Source: Phoronis australis
Lineage: Eukaryota; Animalia; Phoronida
NCBI GenBank assembly: GCA_002633005.1
Contig: NMRA01000179.1
Coordinates: 689,274 to 753,273 of the forward strand
Reading direction: 5' to 3'
DNA length: 64,000 bases
The position numbers and the translations under genes were made by a program. Positions within the stretch are counted from its first letter, which is position 1. Each line of letters starts with the position of its first letter. The notes under the pieces are model-generated. The model was not told where the DNA came from, searched no databases, and saw nothing but the letters and a program-made list of their open reading frames with translations. This document shows, one piece after another, positions 1 to 12,465 of this stretch.

Positions 1-285
1 GTTGTTTTACTGGCGTTGACATACTTTCGTGAATTAGTTGTCCCTGCTGAGTTAAGCCGTTCAATGTGAACCGTCATGTGCTTAAAAGCGTGTTTTCTTA
101 TGGACATAAACACTTACAGCCGATTTCATAAAGGTGGTTTAACAAAACCAGGTTTTAGACTTTAACCTGGTCTTCCTATACCTGGTCTAATTTTAGACCT
201 GACTTGCATTTCACCAACATGGTTTAAGAGTCTGAAAGCCTGGTTTTGCTAGACCAGGGAGCTGGTTCAGTAAAACCAGTTTTAA

Positions 286-1960
286 AGTACTTCTTGCAAA
301 CTGCCCATGTGGTTCCAGTATCCGAAAATACTTACTACATAAATTCTCATTTTCGACACCCTTTCTTTATATTCTTTTCGCCTTTCTTGCCAAAAGCGAT
401 TTTTTAACAGTATTTGACCCTTCTCTCTGAGCGTATGATTACCGGTTGTCATCGGTTATTTCCGTACCCACATTTCCGGCTCATCAGTTCAGGAACTTGT
501 CCTGAACGCCGCCATTTTTTCCTTGTAACTGAATGTGCTATGGCTTGCTCGAAAAGTCTTCATTATTTTGTTTTATTAGTAATATATCGTGATTCGTTTG
601 CATATGTAGTGTATTTATAGTTTGTAGTTAGTGGTCGTTGATTTTTTTGGAATGTTACGCGTACTTAGTATGTTAAAATAGCATTGGTGTTTAGTTCCTT
701 ACGTAGGCCGGTCGAACCTAGGAACCAATATGGGTCGAACCAATTTTTTTCGGTTTTATTTTTTTCCTCGTTTTGAAAAAGTACTTTGCTATCATCGGAA
801 AGGTAGTACATTCTACTCAGTAAAAATCGAAAAAGTATCAAAATCGGGGCAAGCACTGTAAAGTTATTGCAAGTTTTGTGGCGAAATTTGGGTCACTTTG
901 TTTGGATCGCGTCGGCCATATTGGAGGACAGCGGGATGAGTTACGAGTTTAAAACTTTGTGTAAATTGTTTTCGCCAACAAATTACGGTGAAATTTAGTT
1001 AGACATATCTTTACTTACTATTCTGCACGATTCAACAGTGTTCACCAAATTTCAGCCTCGCAGTTGTTACTCATTAAGAGATAAATGTGCTCCCATTCCC
1101 GTTGGACTTCGTCTCATTTCTGGCGGCACCTACAATGTCGACTTTTGCTGAACTGAAAGGCATGTTCAATCGGCTACTTTGTAATTTGTGAAGATTTAAC
1201 GTTGATACATTTTGACAAACGTTGCTACAAAAAAGAAACTTTGTTCAATTTTCGGTTTTTTTGTGTTTGTGGCCAGCGACCAGTTAGGCCTAAGGGTAGT
1301 CTTGGCGCAAAGCTGTATAGGCCTACTAACAAGCTGTATTTTGACTATAGTCTTCACTGGTAGCTGGTGACTGAGGCTAACTAAGGTCTGCCGCGGCAGT
1401 GTGACACAGGACTAACCAGCCCGTAATTACATGCAAGTGTCTGAAACTACCCTTGAATATATGCAGCATTTATCATTTGACCATTTTACTTCGACAAAAC
1501 AGCTTCCAACCGCATGCATTTACCGTTCGCCAGTGTCTGGTCTCGATCCGCACATGGTCCGATAGGCTGCGGTCCCGAGTCTGGCAAAATAATTTCTGTC
1601 AAAATTTATTCGCCACATTTCTTCAGCTAATTCCATAAAATTGTCCGTAGTTTGACTTTATCAAAAGTAAGGCGCGCCGTCGATTTTTTTATCCCCGTTT
1701 GCTGGCTGGTAACAGTACAGGCACTGCTCCAGTCGCACTGACGGCGTTTTCTCGGCCTGGGTTCCTGAATGAATTGTACTTCCGGGTTCGCGGCAAGTTC
1801 AAAATGGCGGTGTTTCTTCGGGTGCGAATCGTGAGTGGCGCGTTCATTTAAACTGCTTTCGAGTACGGATCGTCTATTAGTTATGGGGTAGGTACTTCTT
1901 GGATCCTTATAACATCTTCTAACAATGTAATAAGGGTTAACGACACGTGAGAGAAGGACT
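286..1960. mobile_element. Non-autonomous Kolobok-type DNA transposon
   Basis: TTAA at 282-285 and 1961-1964. Short TIR AGTACTTCTT / GAGAAGGACT with AG...CT termini. A second, inverted copy lies at 52324-52760. No coding capacity recognised. Confidence 0.75.
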
Positions 1961-2403
1961 TTAAAGTATCAAAGGCACCCCACTGTGTTGAGCTGGGTAA
2001 ACCCAACAAAGAAACTATTGAAGTGCTTCAATGAAACCTTGATCACGTGGGTATACAATGGCATACACTAGTAGAATCAGTGCAGACATATACGAAAAAC
2101 ATCTAAAAGCTTTTCTCATGAGGAAAACTGTAATTTCTGTGACCAACACACGCACATTAAAGAACATGTTACATGCCCAAATTTATCTCCTTGTCATTTT
2201 AGTGTTTATTTTCCACGGCCAAAGAGGGGGGGCAGGACCCCTTCCTGGCAACATTATATCGAAGAACAGTGGAGGTGGAACTCAGAAGAATCAGAAGATG
2301 CTGTCATTAGTCAAATCCGTAGCGCTTACGACGATGACGCCCTGCTCGACCAGTCATATTCAGAGAAATCCGCAGGACACAATCCAGCACGTACTGGTCT
2401 ACG

Positions 2404-2561
2404 CATAGGCGGTTCCACGGGGGTCAAAGGGTCCGGAGTCCCCTTTTTCCCTTGATTTTAGTTATACCAAATCTATAATTTTCAAGTTGTTGACTTGCCT
2501 CCCCTTTCAAAATGTCCTTGACCGTCCCTCCCCCCTTTAAACAATCCTGGATCCGCCCCTG
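2404..2561. mobile_element. hAT-like MITE with 5-bp TSD
   Basis: Termini CATAGGCGGTTCCA ... CTGGATCCGCCCCTG; perfect TSD CTACG at 2399-2403 and 2562-2566. Confidence 0.8.
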
Positions 2562-3376
2562 CTACGTTTGATCTCGTGTCATAGTTAAACTGAATATTGA
2601 AAATAGTCCATTTTCGCTCTAAAATTGCGTTACAAATGCTCTTCGTGGCATCATTCAGTTGTACCTATATCATTCAAGTCTGACATATTTAACAGTTAAA
2701 CCTGAATATGACCAAGTCTAAAGTTAAACATGGTTTAAGATCTTAATATAGGTCTAAAGCATATAGACCTAGTTGGTGAAATGAAAACTGACTTAGACCA
2801 GGTCTAAACTGGAGTTAAACCAGGTTTTACTAGACCACTGGTCTAAAAGTTAAACCACCTTTATGAAATGCAGATTATCTTTAAACCTGGTCTAAGTCCA
2901 GTTTAAACCAGGTTTAACTTTAAACCACCTTTATGAAATCAGCTGTTGGTGTGTATCGAATGGACTCGGGTAGCCATTCATCGGGTAATACTGGGTTGAT
3001 AACAGTATGTACAGTTTGGAGTGAATTAATCGGGTGACTTAAAGGCGAAGGCAACCTTTTTCCATGTCATTTTGAGCTAAAATAAGGTTGGTTGGTTATC
3101 CTAGACATATTTTTCACTTAATTACAGCTTTTCGTAATTTTATTAATTACTCGTCCGCTTTTCCGGAAGTGACGTTTTAGGAGGCAAGCGCTTCCTGCCA
3201 CTTGGTTTTGCGTTGAGCTTACTGTGCGAATCTGTTCTATTCTGCTTTTGTTTTGTGCTATTTTTCACCAATTGTCGCCACCACTTTCCATCGGCGAGTA
3301 TTCTGCGGCAAGATAGGTTAGTACAGAACTCAACTGCGTTGGATTTAGGGATTGTTTAGTGTGTTGTAAGCTGAAC

Positions 3377-3652
3377 ATGGCTGGAGTCGGTGACCCGTAT
3401 CACAGTGATAGTAGTGTGAGTGACGGAGACCTTGTTCACAGCAGTGGTGACGAGGAATTTTTTCACGGACATTCAGTGGGTGGGTACATACTTGAGCCCG
3501 AGTACAACGAGGCAGAGTACACACAGGCACAGGCAGCTGTTGAGAGAAACGAGGCGGCTACTGAAGACAGACGTGGTGACACATCTTGGTGCAAATGCAC
3601 TGTGTGCGTTGTTATGCCTACCTCAATTGAATGCTTGTGCTGTTCCGAGTTC
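3377..3652 (+). pseudogene. KolX accessory protein (P2X7 ballast-like Cys-rich domain), 3'-truncated
   Basis: MAGVGDPY...GYILEPEY...WCKCTVCVVMPTSIECLCCSEF matches the YxFEP ... WCxCxxCxxMPTxxECLCC pattern of Kolobok KolX; fused to antisense transposase sequence at the deletion junction. Confidence 0.8.
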
Positions 3653-4717
3653 CACATCAATTATCTTTTTGGTCTCTTCCTCCATTAGAGTGTATGTGGT
3701 ATACTTGGCGGACCGCCCTGGTGAGTCAGACAAGTTCTCCTTCTCCATGAATTCCGCCACCAACTCGAGATGTTGTGACATGTATGCGTCATTGACAACT
3801 GGTATTAAATAGGAATTCTGAATGTTGTTGAATGTTGTTTTCGAAAAAAAATTGACTTTTCCAAAGTCCATCATTGTCTTCACCGACTGAAACGTGTTTC
3901 CAGTGAAGAGCACACCACTGGACATGGTTAAGTGGACCTCCGGCATACCACGGACAGAGGAACAACTGTCCCACTTGCCAGAGTGTCCCGTGACACACTC
4001 CCACTGGATGGTGACCTGAGCACCCAAACTGCTTACATTGTGTCGTGTGACTCCCTCGCCACACACCTGGCACCTTCTAAATAGCTCCAACACTTTAGAC
4101 AAGTCCACAATAAACTTATCAAAGTTTGGCTCACCGATCTGTTCACTGGACGACGAACTGTCCTCTTCACTGGGTGTCGAACTGGGCCTGTAATCACTCC
4201 CACTACTCAATATCGCTGCAGGGCTGCTTAGAGGCTCTGGGCTGGAGAAAACAGCACAGGGCGAATCACTACTGGTTCCAGGAATTGCACGCTCTGGGGT
4301 ACGTTCGGAGGCACGGGTGACAGTAGATGAAGTGCCTCCACTGGCTCCAGTCACTGTACTGGCCACAGCTCGCGAGGCTTCTCGCTTCAAAAACGCACTT
4401 CTCGGGGGTGGCGACGGGGCACTGCCGGGAATCAACACAGACGGAATGGCATCCTTCTTCAAGCGTTGTTTCGCGGGGACCTTCATCAGTTCAGCGTACA
4501 AATCCCTTTCGTAATCGGACGGCAGAAAGTGCTTGCCACACACACGGTAATTCTCCACTGCTTTGTACGTTGCGTGGACGGGTAACGCTGCGTTCTTCAC
4601 ACGAACGAGCCAAGTACGGCGAAGTGTGTCATCCATCGGAAAGCGATGCAAAGGCACTCCCAAAGCGCGCGTGAGCCGATAATTACTACATCCCGGTACG
4701 CAGCAACAGTGTGGCAT
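3623..4717 (-). pseudogene. Kolobok transposase, truncated (THAP domain, zinc finger, start of DDE domain)
   Basis: N-terminal THAP domain (CCVPGC..HRFP..W..VCGKHF..AIPS), Ser-rich linker, CxxC...CxxxH finger and DSPGRSAKYTTYTLM. Homology stops at about 3647 (IIDVEL). Confidence 0.88.
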
Positions 4718-5185
4718 GTTGACTGACTAGTAAATGAAAGCGAACGACGACGGAACTTAACACAACCGAGGTAGAACAATGACTGACTCGGCAGCTCTCA
4801 CAGTCAGACTATGTGAAAAGAAATTGGCGGGAAGCGCTTGCCTCCTAAAACGTCACTTCCGGAAAAGCGGACGAATAATTAATAAATTTACGAAAAGCTG
4901 TAATTAAGTGAAAAATATGTCTAGGATAACCAACCAACCTTATTTTAGCTCAAAATGACATGGAAAAAGGTTGCCTTCGCCTTTAAGGCCTACCGTGTAA
5001 GGCAAAAACCCAAAACTGTGGTTGTTACAGTATGTTAAGAGCATGGTTCTGAGCCCTAGTGCGATAAATTGTCAAATGTGACGAACTGTGAGGCGTGTAG
5101 GCTTGTTCGTTTTGCTTTTTAACAGCGCCTTTTAATTCGAACATCTACGATTAACACCCACACGTAGTGACGCTCACGGGTAAAA

Positions 5186-5390
5186 ACCAACATGACCGCG
5201 GCACCCAAAACATGGGCTCGAGTTCTAAAAGTCGGACCGACTCGCCACAAAACAGCACCTACAGGGATCAAATGGGTCCGCCGAACCAGGAAATGGGACC
5301 GACGCACATACAAACATGACCGACCCACCACAAAACAGGACCGCCGGAGACTGAACATGACTGCCCGGGAATGAAACTTGACTGCCACCA
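5186..5390 (+). repeat. Degenerate ~21-bp tandem repeat array
   Basis: About 10 units of an AAA(C)ATG(G)ACCG-like core plus a variable tail; typical of DNA-transposon subterminal arrays. Confidence 0.6.
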
Positions 5391-5739
5391 CTCACTTGTG
5401 ATAACATACAAATAATTGAAAGAAGGTCAATATTTAAAATAGTAATAAATCTAACCAAAAACCAACCACGATCACATTTTTGAGACAAATAATTATAATT
5501 GTATTTACTGTGTATTTATTTTTTTGAAACAAAACAATACTCGTTTCCTCCCATTGGACATTTTCATCAAGTCACTGAAAAAAGGCGTTCGAGAATAACT
5601 GGTTTTCGGGCAAATTATCGTCATAACAAGAATTTTTGCTATGCATGTAGACCTTTAGACCGAAGTGGGTTAAAAACTGAGCGCATAACTCTTACACAAA
5701 ATTAGTGTCATTAAAAACTACACTTTTTCCGCCTGAGTA

Positions 5740-5982
5740 AACCAAATTCTCACATGACCTGGAATGTGTTACGACACGACGAGTTAATAAAACCGAATAC
5801 CTAATTTTTTATGTTACGTGAGTGAATCACAAAGTAATACAAAGTAGAAACTCATACACTGTACGTCTTACAGTTTATCGTCTGCGATACACTAAAACAA
5901 CCAAACGCGCGCCAACCAAACAATGCTGGAATTCCAAAAAGGTGACAAGGTTACGATTGACAAATCGGGTGTCGAAGCTGTA
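5740..5982 (-). repeat. Dispersed repeat, probable Tc1/mariner-type terminus (related copy at about 28584-28810)
   Basis: The 3' part ...GATTGACAAATCGGGTGTCGAAGCTGTA is approximately the reverse complement of TACAGTTGCGACACCCAATTTGTCAATC at 28584; TA|CAG terminus. Confidence 0.5.
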
Positions 5983-6657
5983 CGCATTCCCATTGGGAAG
6001 GAAGGACGTGCAAACAACATTTTAAAAGACCCATCTTCGGTGGCCAATTCCATATCAACGTTCATTCAAACGGAAACGAACCCCAACCCAAGAAACGCGA
6101 TGAGACTCTCTTGTTGTGCTGTTTCAAGGTAAATTCAGTGCTCCAGCGTGGGTGAAGATATCCCACTGCTGCACTTTATGCGTATAAGTCGTCTGCGATC
6201 AAGGCTATAAAAAGTTCATAATAAAAGTTAACTGTCGTTTCGTGTGGAACGATGGCGATTTGCATGGCCGCTCGTTGCCTTGGTGTAAAGCCGTATGCCA
6301 AATATACAGCTGAGACGAGATGTGGGTAAAAAACTGATCAAAATTAGTGTCAATAAAAACTAAACTCTTCATTTAGTAAACTTAATTGTTTACCGGTGAT
6401 GCAAAACATGACTTTCTATCGTTATTCTCCTGGGCCCGGTTGCATAAAAGTCTGTATAACTATCCGGCGGATAAGAGCTTATAAGCCGGATAAGATTTAT
6501 ACGCCGGATAGTTATCCGGGGTATAAATTTGTGTTGCACAAAGCTTGGATAAGGTTCGGATAACTATCCGGCGGATATCTATGTTATACGGTGGATAGCC
6601 AAATTGGATACCATATAAGGTAATACCCATAATTCCTGTTACCATGGCATAGACAAA

Positions 6658-8381
6658 ATGGCTGAGAAAAGATCTTGTAATTGGACAAAGCACGAATTCA
6701 ACCTTTTGACTGAACTTGCCGAGTCGAACTTGCAAGTAATAAACAGCAAGTTCAGTCAGAAGGTGACGAAGGCCGAAAAGAACTCTGTTTGGGATGACAT
6801 AGCTTCCAACATCACAAGTGTGGGAGCAGCAAACAGAACAGCGTATGACACACAGGAAAAGTGGAGGCACATGGTGTCTGGGTCGAGAGCCTCAAAGAAC
6901 CAACTGCAAAGAGAGGTGAAGAAAACGGGAGGAGGCTCTCACCCCAAACCCATGGAGGAGGCTGTGAAAAAAATCGTGGCACTGTTTACAGACACACCCT
7001 GTTTCAGTGGACTGGAAGCTGCAATTGAATCAGGTATGAATTAATCAAGTGAGGCATACGAATATTCCTTGGTTTATGATACATTATCAACAACACTTCA
7101 TCAGAATGCTCTCTATTTTTCACTTTATTTCTTCAAAATTGAAACGTACAACTCCCTTAGGAGTTCAATAATTATTTGCTACGTGGCATTCACTGCTTTG
7201 TAAAAATAGTTCAACCAAGTTTGGAATCTAGGTCACAGGGTTATAAACATTGTATCAACGGAACAGACACGTTGCACGAACGTAGCTACAAGTACGTGAA
7301 CCAAAAAATCCCGCAGGGATACTACATAATTACAAACACCAACATTCTCTTCCATTCCTTACACATATAAGCTATGGCCCTATGTTGATTGATCAAATCC
7401 CGGGGCTAGGAACATAGACAAAGTGATTCATACATTACATCCGTCACGTGTAACCTTCTAGTAAGTCACATTAGTGACTAGTCTAGCAGTTTTATCGGTA
7501 CAGCTGTAGGTAGGCCTATGGCATTGCTGACGAAAACCAGCATACGCAAAACAAAAGCCCTACATAATTGTTCAGTGTCTTAGTTACTCACGAACAAAGA
7601 TTCTTGAGTCAAAAACTGCCGCCATCTATCACTCAATCTTGGGACACAACCCAAAATTATTTTGCACAAGTGCCGCGCTCTTCGCCGCAGCGTGCATTCC
7701 CGAATGGGTTGTTGCTGGAATGTACGGGGCACCAAATGGGGGCTATACTAAGCAGCGGTATTCGATGAGTCTGACAGACGAGGGAACTGGAAATATCATC
7801 TCCCGTCGTGTTACTCTCTCCCAACCCACACCATGCCTCAAAACATATGTTGACGATCCTGGAAGGCTTAGTAAATTGGGGTCCATAACATCAGATAATG
7901 ATTAGGATAACTTCCTGCTTGTGATCGGTCTCGTACGTACGAATATCAAAACGCTTTAAGTGTGCACTTTTAACTTCATTTCAGGAATTTTCACTCCAAC
8001 AACTGCTCAGACTGCCGAGAGCCAATCACCACAAGCAACCGTCGCATCTGAAATTATATCATTGCCTAGCACTCCAAAACTGATTACTTCTTGGGACACA
8101 ATTCTCACTAGTTCATCACCATATCTTTGTGCTAACCACCCTCGTTCGGAATCTCCCGTCACCTCCGCTTCGGAGAAACCATTGAGGAAAAAAACGTAAG
8201 CAGTAATGAATTAAACGCCATACATGTATCAAAGGAGGTCCTGGAACTAAAGAAAAAAAATGGAAAATGAATTAGAAGCCAACCAACGGAGAAGAATAAA
8301 AGAAGAAAGGAAATTGGACTTAGAAATCGAATTCTCATACTAAAGAACAAGAAACTGAAGATGGAAATTGAAAACATGTGA
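6658..8381 (+). pseudogene. Harbinger Myb/SANT-like DNA-binding protein, two exons (6658-7033, 7985-8381)
   Basis: Exon 1 reads MAEKRSCNWTKHEFNLL...W..IA...KW...KKTGGG (Myb/SANT-like). GT donor at 7034 and TTTCAG acceptor at 7984 are both phase 1. Exon 2 is Ser/Thr/Pro-rich, followed by a frameshifted Lys/Glu coiled-coil ending ...MEIENM*. Confidence 0.82.
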
Positions 8382-9340
8382 CTGTTTTGAGTCAAATGTT
8401 CTTTCTGCAAGTGTTGTAATGTTATTTATTTGTTGCTTGTGAAACTTACGTGCTGTTACCTTCGTTGAAATGAATGATAAGGTGGGTATTTCTGAGAAGA
8501 TTGGATGTTTACTACAACAGGATATGCACTACTAAAAAATAGCGCTCCAGTCAGTTTTCTTGTCTATTTTTTTGAAAAGATTGGGAAAAAGTTTACACTT
8601 GTTGCACATAAGTCCATTCATTAGCTCAATACAATTATATTGACTTGTAATTTATTGACGATTGCATAGTTCCACCATTGCCTGTATTAATCGTGTTAAG
8701 TGGGACCATTTGTTTTTCGGTAATACTCTGCACTTATTTACTGCGTGTCGATAAACCCAACCACTGAGAAAAGATACATGTATGCGTATTTAATCAATCA
8801 GTATCAATAATATTTATTGTACATCGTAGGTATTGAGTACACATACGTAAATTCCAATGTACAATCACAGAGCACTTGTTCTCATGAAGCCATAGGTTTC
8901 CAAATATACAATGCAAGACTCTTAACAAATTCATGACTTTTCTGATTGATTATCTAACATTCACAAGCTCTGGTGCAGTTAAAATCGTATCCCAAATTCA
9001 ACGCCAGACATAACATATACTGAAACCTAGAACGTATTTACAGAAACCATTAACAAAATTGATTGAACACACGACCCCTTTCGTTATTGACAGTCTTCAT
9101 TCCGTTTCGCTCATATGTTCGAAATAAAACTGTACACTGAACGGAACAGTGATGAAGTAACTGACCAAGAGACATGATTAAAATGTACACGGTATTTCGA
9201 AACATACTTGTTTCATTATCAAGTGGAAATAAAATGACGCATAATACCACCACAGAGCACAAGCTGGAGACATACACAGTGGGACACGGCAGGTTTGAAA
9301 TACCGCAAAGAATGACAAATGAAGGGGGTTATCAGGAAAT

Positions 9341-10730
9341 TCAGGCAAACAACAGTAACGTGCGGTCCGACCGTATTTGCTGTTCATTCAAAACGGGCTT
9401 TTCAAATGCAATCGAAAGAGACTCCCGATACTTTCGATCGCACGTCGTGCTCTACGTACCGAATTGACGCGTTTTCCACAATTTCTTGACGAGTGATTTT
9501 ACGTTCCTGACATCGCAGAAAATGTTCTTGGATGTCGCCACTTTAAAGCTGAATAAATAACGGACGGAAAAGACTGCAAACCGCTTGACTAATGCAACAT
9601 TGTTTGACATTTGAATGAAGACATTCGTTCATAGGGCATACAAACTCATTAATAATAGTACACGGGGCAACGGGACGGACTTCCGCTTTAGAAATGCTAG
9701 GTTTCACGACCAAAGTTGGAGGACGTACAATTCCAATATAACATCGAGGTAGTCATCGGGCTCACAAACTTAAACATTAACCATAAGGATTTTCATCAAA
9801 TATTTTCTTGTAAAAAACCTTTTTGGCCATTCCGGTCCGACGTGCAGGGACTTCACAATTAATTCTGGACATGAATCGCTTTATATGGAGGTCTACCAAA
9901 GCATTGGTGTACTCATTATTCACCAGTGTTTCAGTGTTTGTGTTATGCGATCCACCTTTGAATAAACAATAGGCAGTTGGACCACACTTGTGTGCGCAAC
10001 ATATCAATGATTTAATGGAGTAACGACTCTGAATGGTGTTATCAAGATGCTTCGCTGTCTTGTGAGATGGCGTCAGCACTTGGGATATTGTCGGCCGTAG
10101 AGCCGGAACAACTTGTTGTGTTCATTTTGGGGTGACCATAGAGATAACCTTCGGAGTAGTCACCTTCGAATTCAGACTAGATAATTCGACGACCAGCCTC
10201 AGCATTTATAGCCTTGGACGACTGAATTCATGTTTATTGAAGCTCAATGAGGGGTGTCGGACTAATGATGATTAATTTTTAGGGTCACATACTACTAATA
10301 GACTATCGGAATAGTCATCTTTGTTTAAAATAACATGATACTGAGCAGACTTCTCGGGAAATAACGATATTATCATTTCTTTAAAATCCTTTGCCGGGAA
10401 GCATCTATAACAGACGGCTGGAGAGAGTACACTGATGATTTTTGTTGCGACAATTAGTGCCTTCAGAGAGAAGCTGTTCTCATATGTTAATGTTAACACT
10501 GAGAAACCCATCAGCTTTCAGTCGCAAAATATCATTATACAAATTTTCCAACTCAGTTTTCTTGGTGTCAAACTTGGCTCTAAAATGAACATCAATGCCC
10601 AGTGCGAGAAAGTCCTTGTCTGCAGCAACTACATCACAGACAGATAGGTTCACATAGGTTTCACGTTCCTCTGGTAGTTTAAAGAATGTCAGTAACCAAA
10701 AGCGTCGTGTATTCAATCATTTCTGCATGT
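9341..10730 (-). mobile_element. Penelope-like retroelement remnant (RT N-terminal part plus GIY-YIG endonuclease)
   Basis: Manual translation across frameshifts gives VILNKDDY..DP (~10310-10340), GYLYGHPK (~10127-10150) and RPTISQVLTPSHKTAKHL (~10043-10098). Further on are EFVCP...GDIQEH...ITRQEIVEN...EKPVLNEQ...LLLFA*. The RT core is largely deleted. Confidence 0.75.
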
Positions 10731-10845
10731 CGGAAAACCTTCTCCCGAAGTACAGACATACATGTACATGTAAACCATTGTGAACTTTTTCAATAGATCC
10801 ACACATTCAATGTACTCATATTAGTAATTCACTGTATAACAATTA

Positions 10846-10945
10846 CCGTATTTGTCCTAATGAGCGCCCATGCCCCTATAAGCGTCCTTGATCCTATAAG
10901 CGTCCATGCCCCTATAAGCGCCCATGCCCCTATAAGCGCCCCAGC
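10846..10945 (+). repeat. pogo/Tc1-type MITE end with 18-bp tandem repeats
   Basis: TA|CCGTATTT terminus followed by about 4 copies of GCGCCCATGCCCCTATAA; matching right end not confidently found. Confidence 0.5.
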
Positions 10946-12465
10946 CGCGTTTTCATAAAACACAAAAATAAGTGCCCAGCCATTAACGTATATACAGTAC
11001 ATTTGAAAAACACCTCACCTTCTAAAATTCTACAGTAACTTCTTCATTTTATCAATAATGTCCGACAGTCCTGAAAAAAAAACATTTGCCCCAAATTTAT
11101 AGACCACGAGCCTCGCCGCTATGTCGGTATTTAGCCCTGAATATAAATTTCAAACTTCCGCAGTGCTTCAGGAAGACTAAGTCAAGGATTTTTGCAGATA
11201 TCACGAGGCACTTGTCCCACTATGGTCTGGCCTTTCAGAACAGACACAGTGTACTTATCAACGTTAGTGAAACTCGCTCACTCGGTACGGACACACATGT
11301 AGCCAAGCTTCAAAGCAAAAGTCACGTGACATCAACATGTGTGTTCGTTAAGATTTTTCTCATGATGGGGGGTAAGATCTAGCGTAGATTTGGACTTGAT
11401 CTGCGGTGAATCCCGACTCGACAGGAAATTAAACATTTTAGGGACTATTTGGAAAACTTAAGGAGGATTTCGTGTAATTTGTTGAGTCGAAACTGTATTT
11501 TTTTCTCAAGAATTCAATTTTGTTAATCGACAATTGCGAGGCAGCGATGCATGAGTCGGCTGGGATTTCCCCACACTTTTCTGAAAAAGGAGAGCAATGT
11601 AACAACGAAGCTTCGATAGCAATGGACCACAATTTTGTGTCAAGTCTGTACTATGCAACATATACGTCGCAGAACGTTTTAGGCGTGTATTCGGAAATTG
11701 TAATTTTTCAGGCATTGAGTTAGTAACACCAATGAACGCCCGGGCGTCCATTCGGAAAAAGGGGTGTGTAAACGGAAAGTAAAAATTTTGACTGCGTAAA
11801 TATCAGACTGAAGCGCGATATGTACTTTTAATTGAAACATTGACATGGACTGAATAAACGTAGCCTAGAATATGAGGTTTTGTGGTTTATTTTTTATTTA
11901 AAACTGTTTTTAAAAATTTTACGTTAATAAATGCCTAGTTCGGCAACACTTCGTTAGTTTTTATAATTGATAAATGCTCCACAAAATTGTGACTAAACGT
12001 TGACGCTTAGCGCCCCACTTCCTGGAAACTTGACGAAGTTGCAACACCATCCAAATAAACGCACATGGGCGTTCCATATAGTGTGCGCTTATCTCTGGAA
12101 AACCCCGCTACTTAATTTTATATCATCAAATGAAGAACGTAGGAGCGACGTGATCACGCACGCCTCTGCCTGTCTCGGGGCCGGCATAGAACAGAGGCTT
12201 AGACTGGTTGATGTCGCGTGCGTCCAGCTCTTCCGGCTCGTTAAAAGATTTTGCTATGTTATGTAAAATGACACAGGAAGCCACAATGCGAGCAGCTTTG
12301 TTTGGCTCTAGCCTAACCTCGCCGTGCAATATTGCGAAACGGCGTTTCAAAACGCCGATCGCCCTTTCGATTGATGCCCTGGTACACTTGTGGCTGATAT
12401 TGTATCGGCTCTCCGCCCTCGTGTTGGGATGGAGAAACGGAGTCATCAAGAAACGTGAGCAGGCG

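Larger units (their letters stand above)
117..2945. mobile_element. Non-autonomous PIF/Harbinger-like TIR element (host of a Kolobok-type element and a MITE)
   Basis: The left end CAGCCGATTTCATAAAGGTGGTTTAA matches the reverse complement of the right end TTAAACCACCTTTATGAAATCAGCTG. Flanks are TTA/TTG (imperfect 3-bp TSD). Both ends carry clustered palindromes (AAACCAGGTTT, AGACCTGGTCT-like) resembling Harbinger Myb-binding arrays. Confidence 0.7.
3043..4982 (-). mobile_element. Kolobok DNA transposon, internally deleted copy A
   Basis: TTAA at 3039-3042 and 4983-4986; near-perfect 158-bp TIRs (3043-3200 / 4825-4982) starting AGGCGAAGG; convergent THAP-transposase and KolX ORFs. Confidence 0.92.

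Noticed and set aside
3623-4717. Domesticated host THAP gene or P2X7 receptor gene
   Set aside because: Both ORFs lie inside TIRs with TTAA TSDs, occur in two copies and are truncated; they are Kolobok genes.
5186-5390. Repeat-spacer-like array resembling CRISPR
   Set aside because: Units are only about 21 bp with a degenerate core, the context is eukaryotic and there are no cas genes; it fits a TE subterminal repeat.
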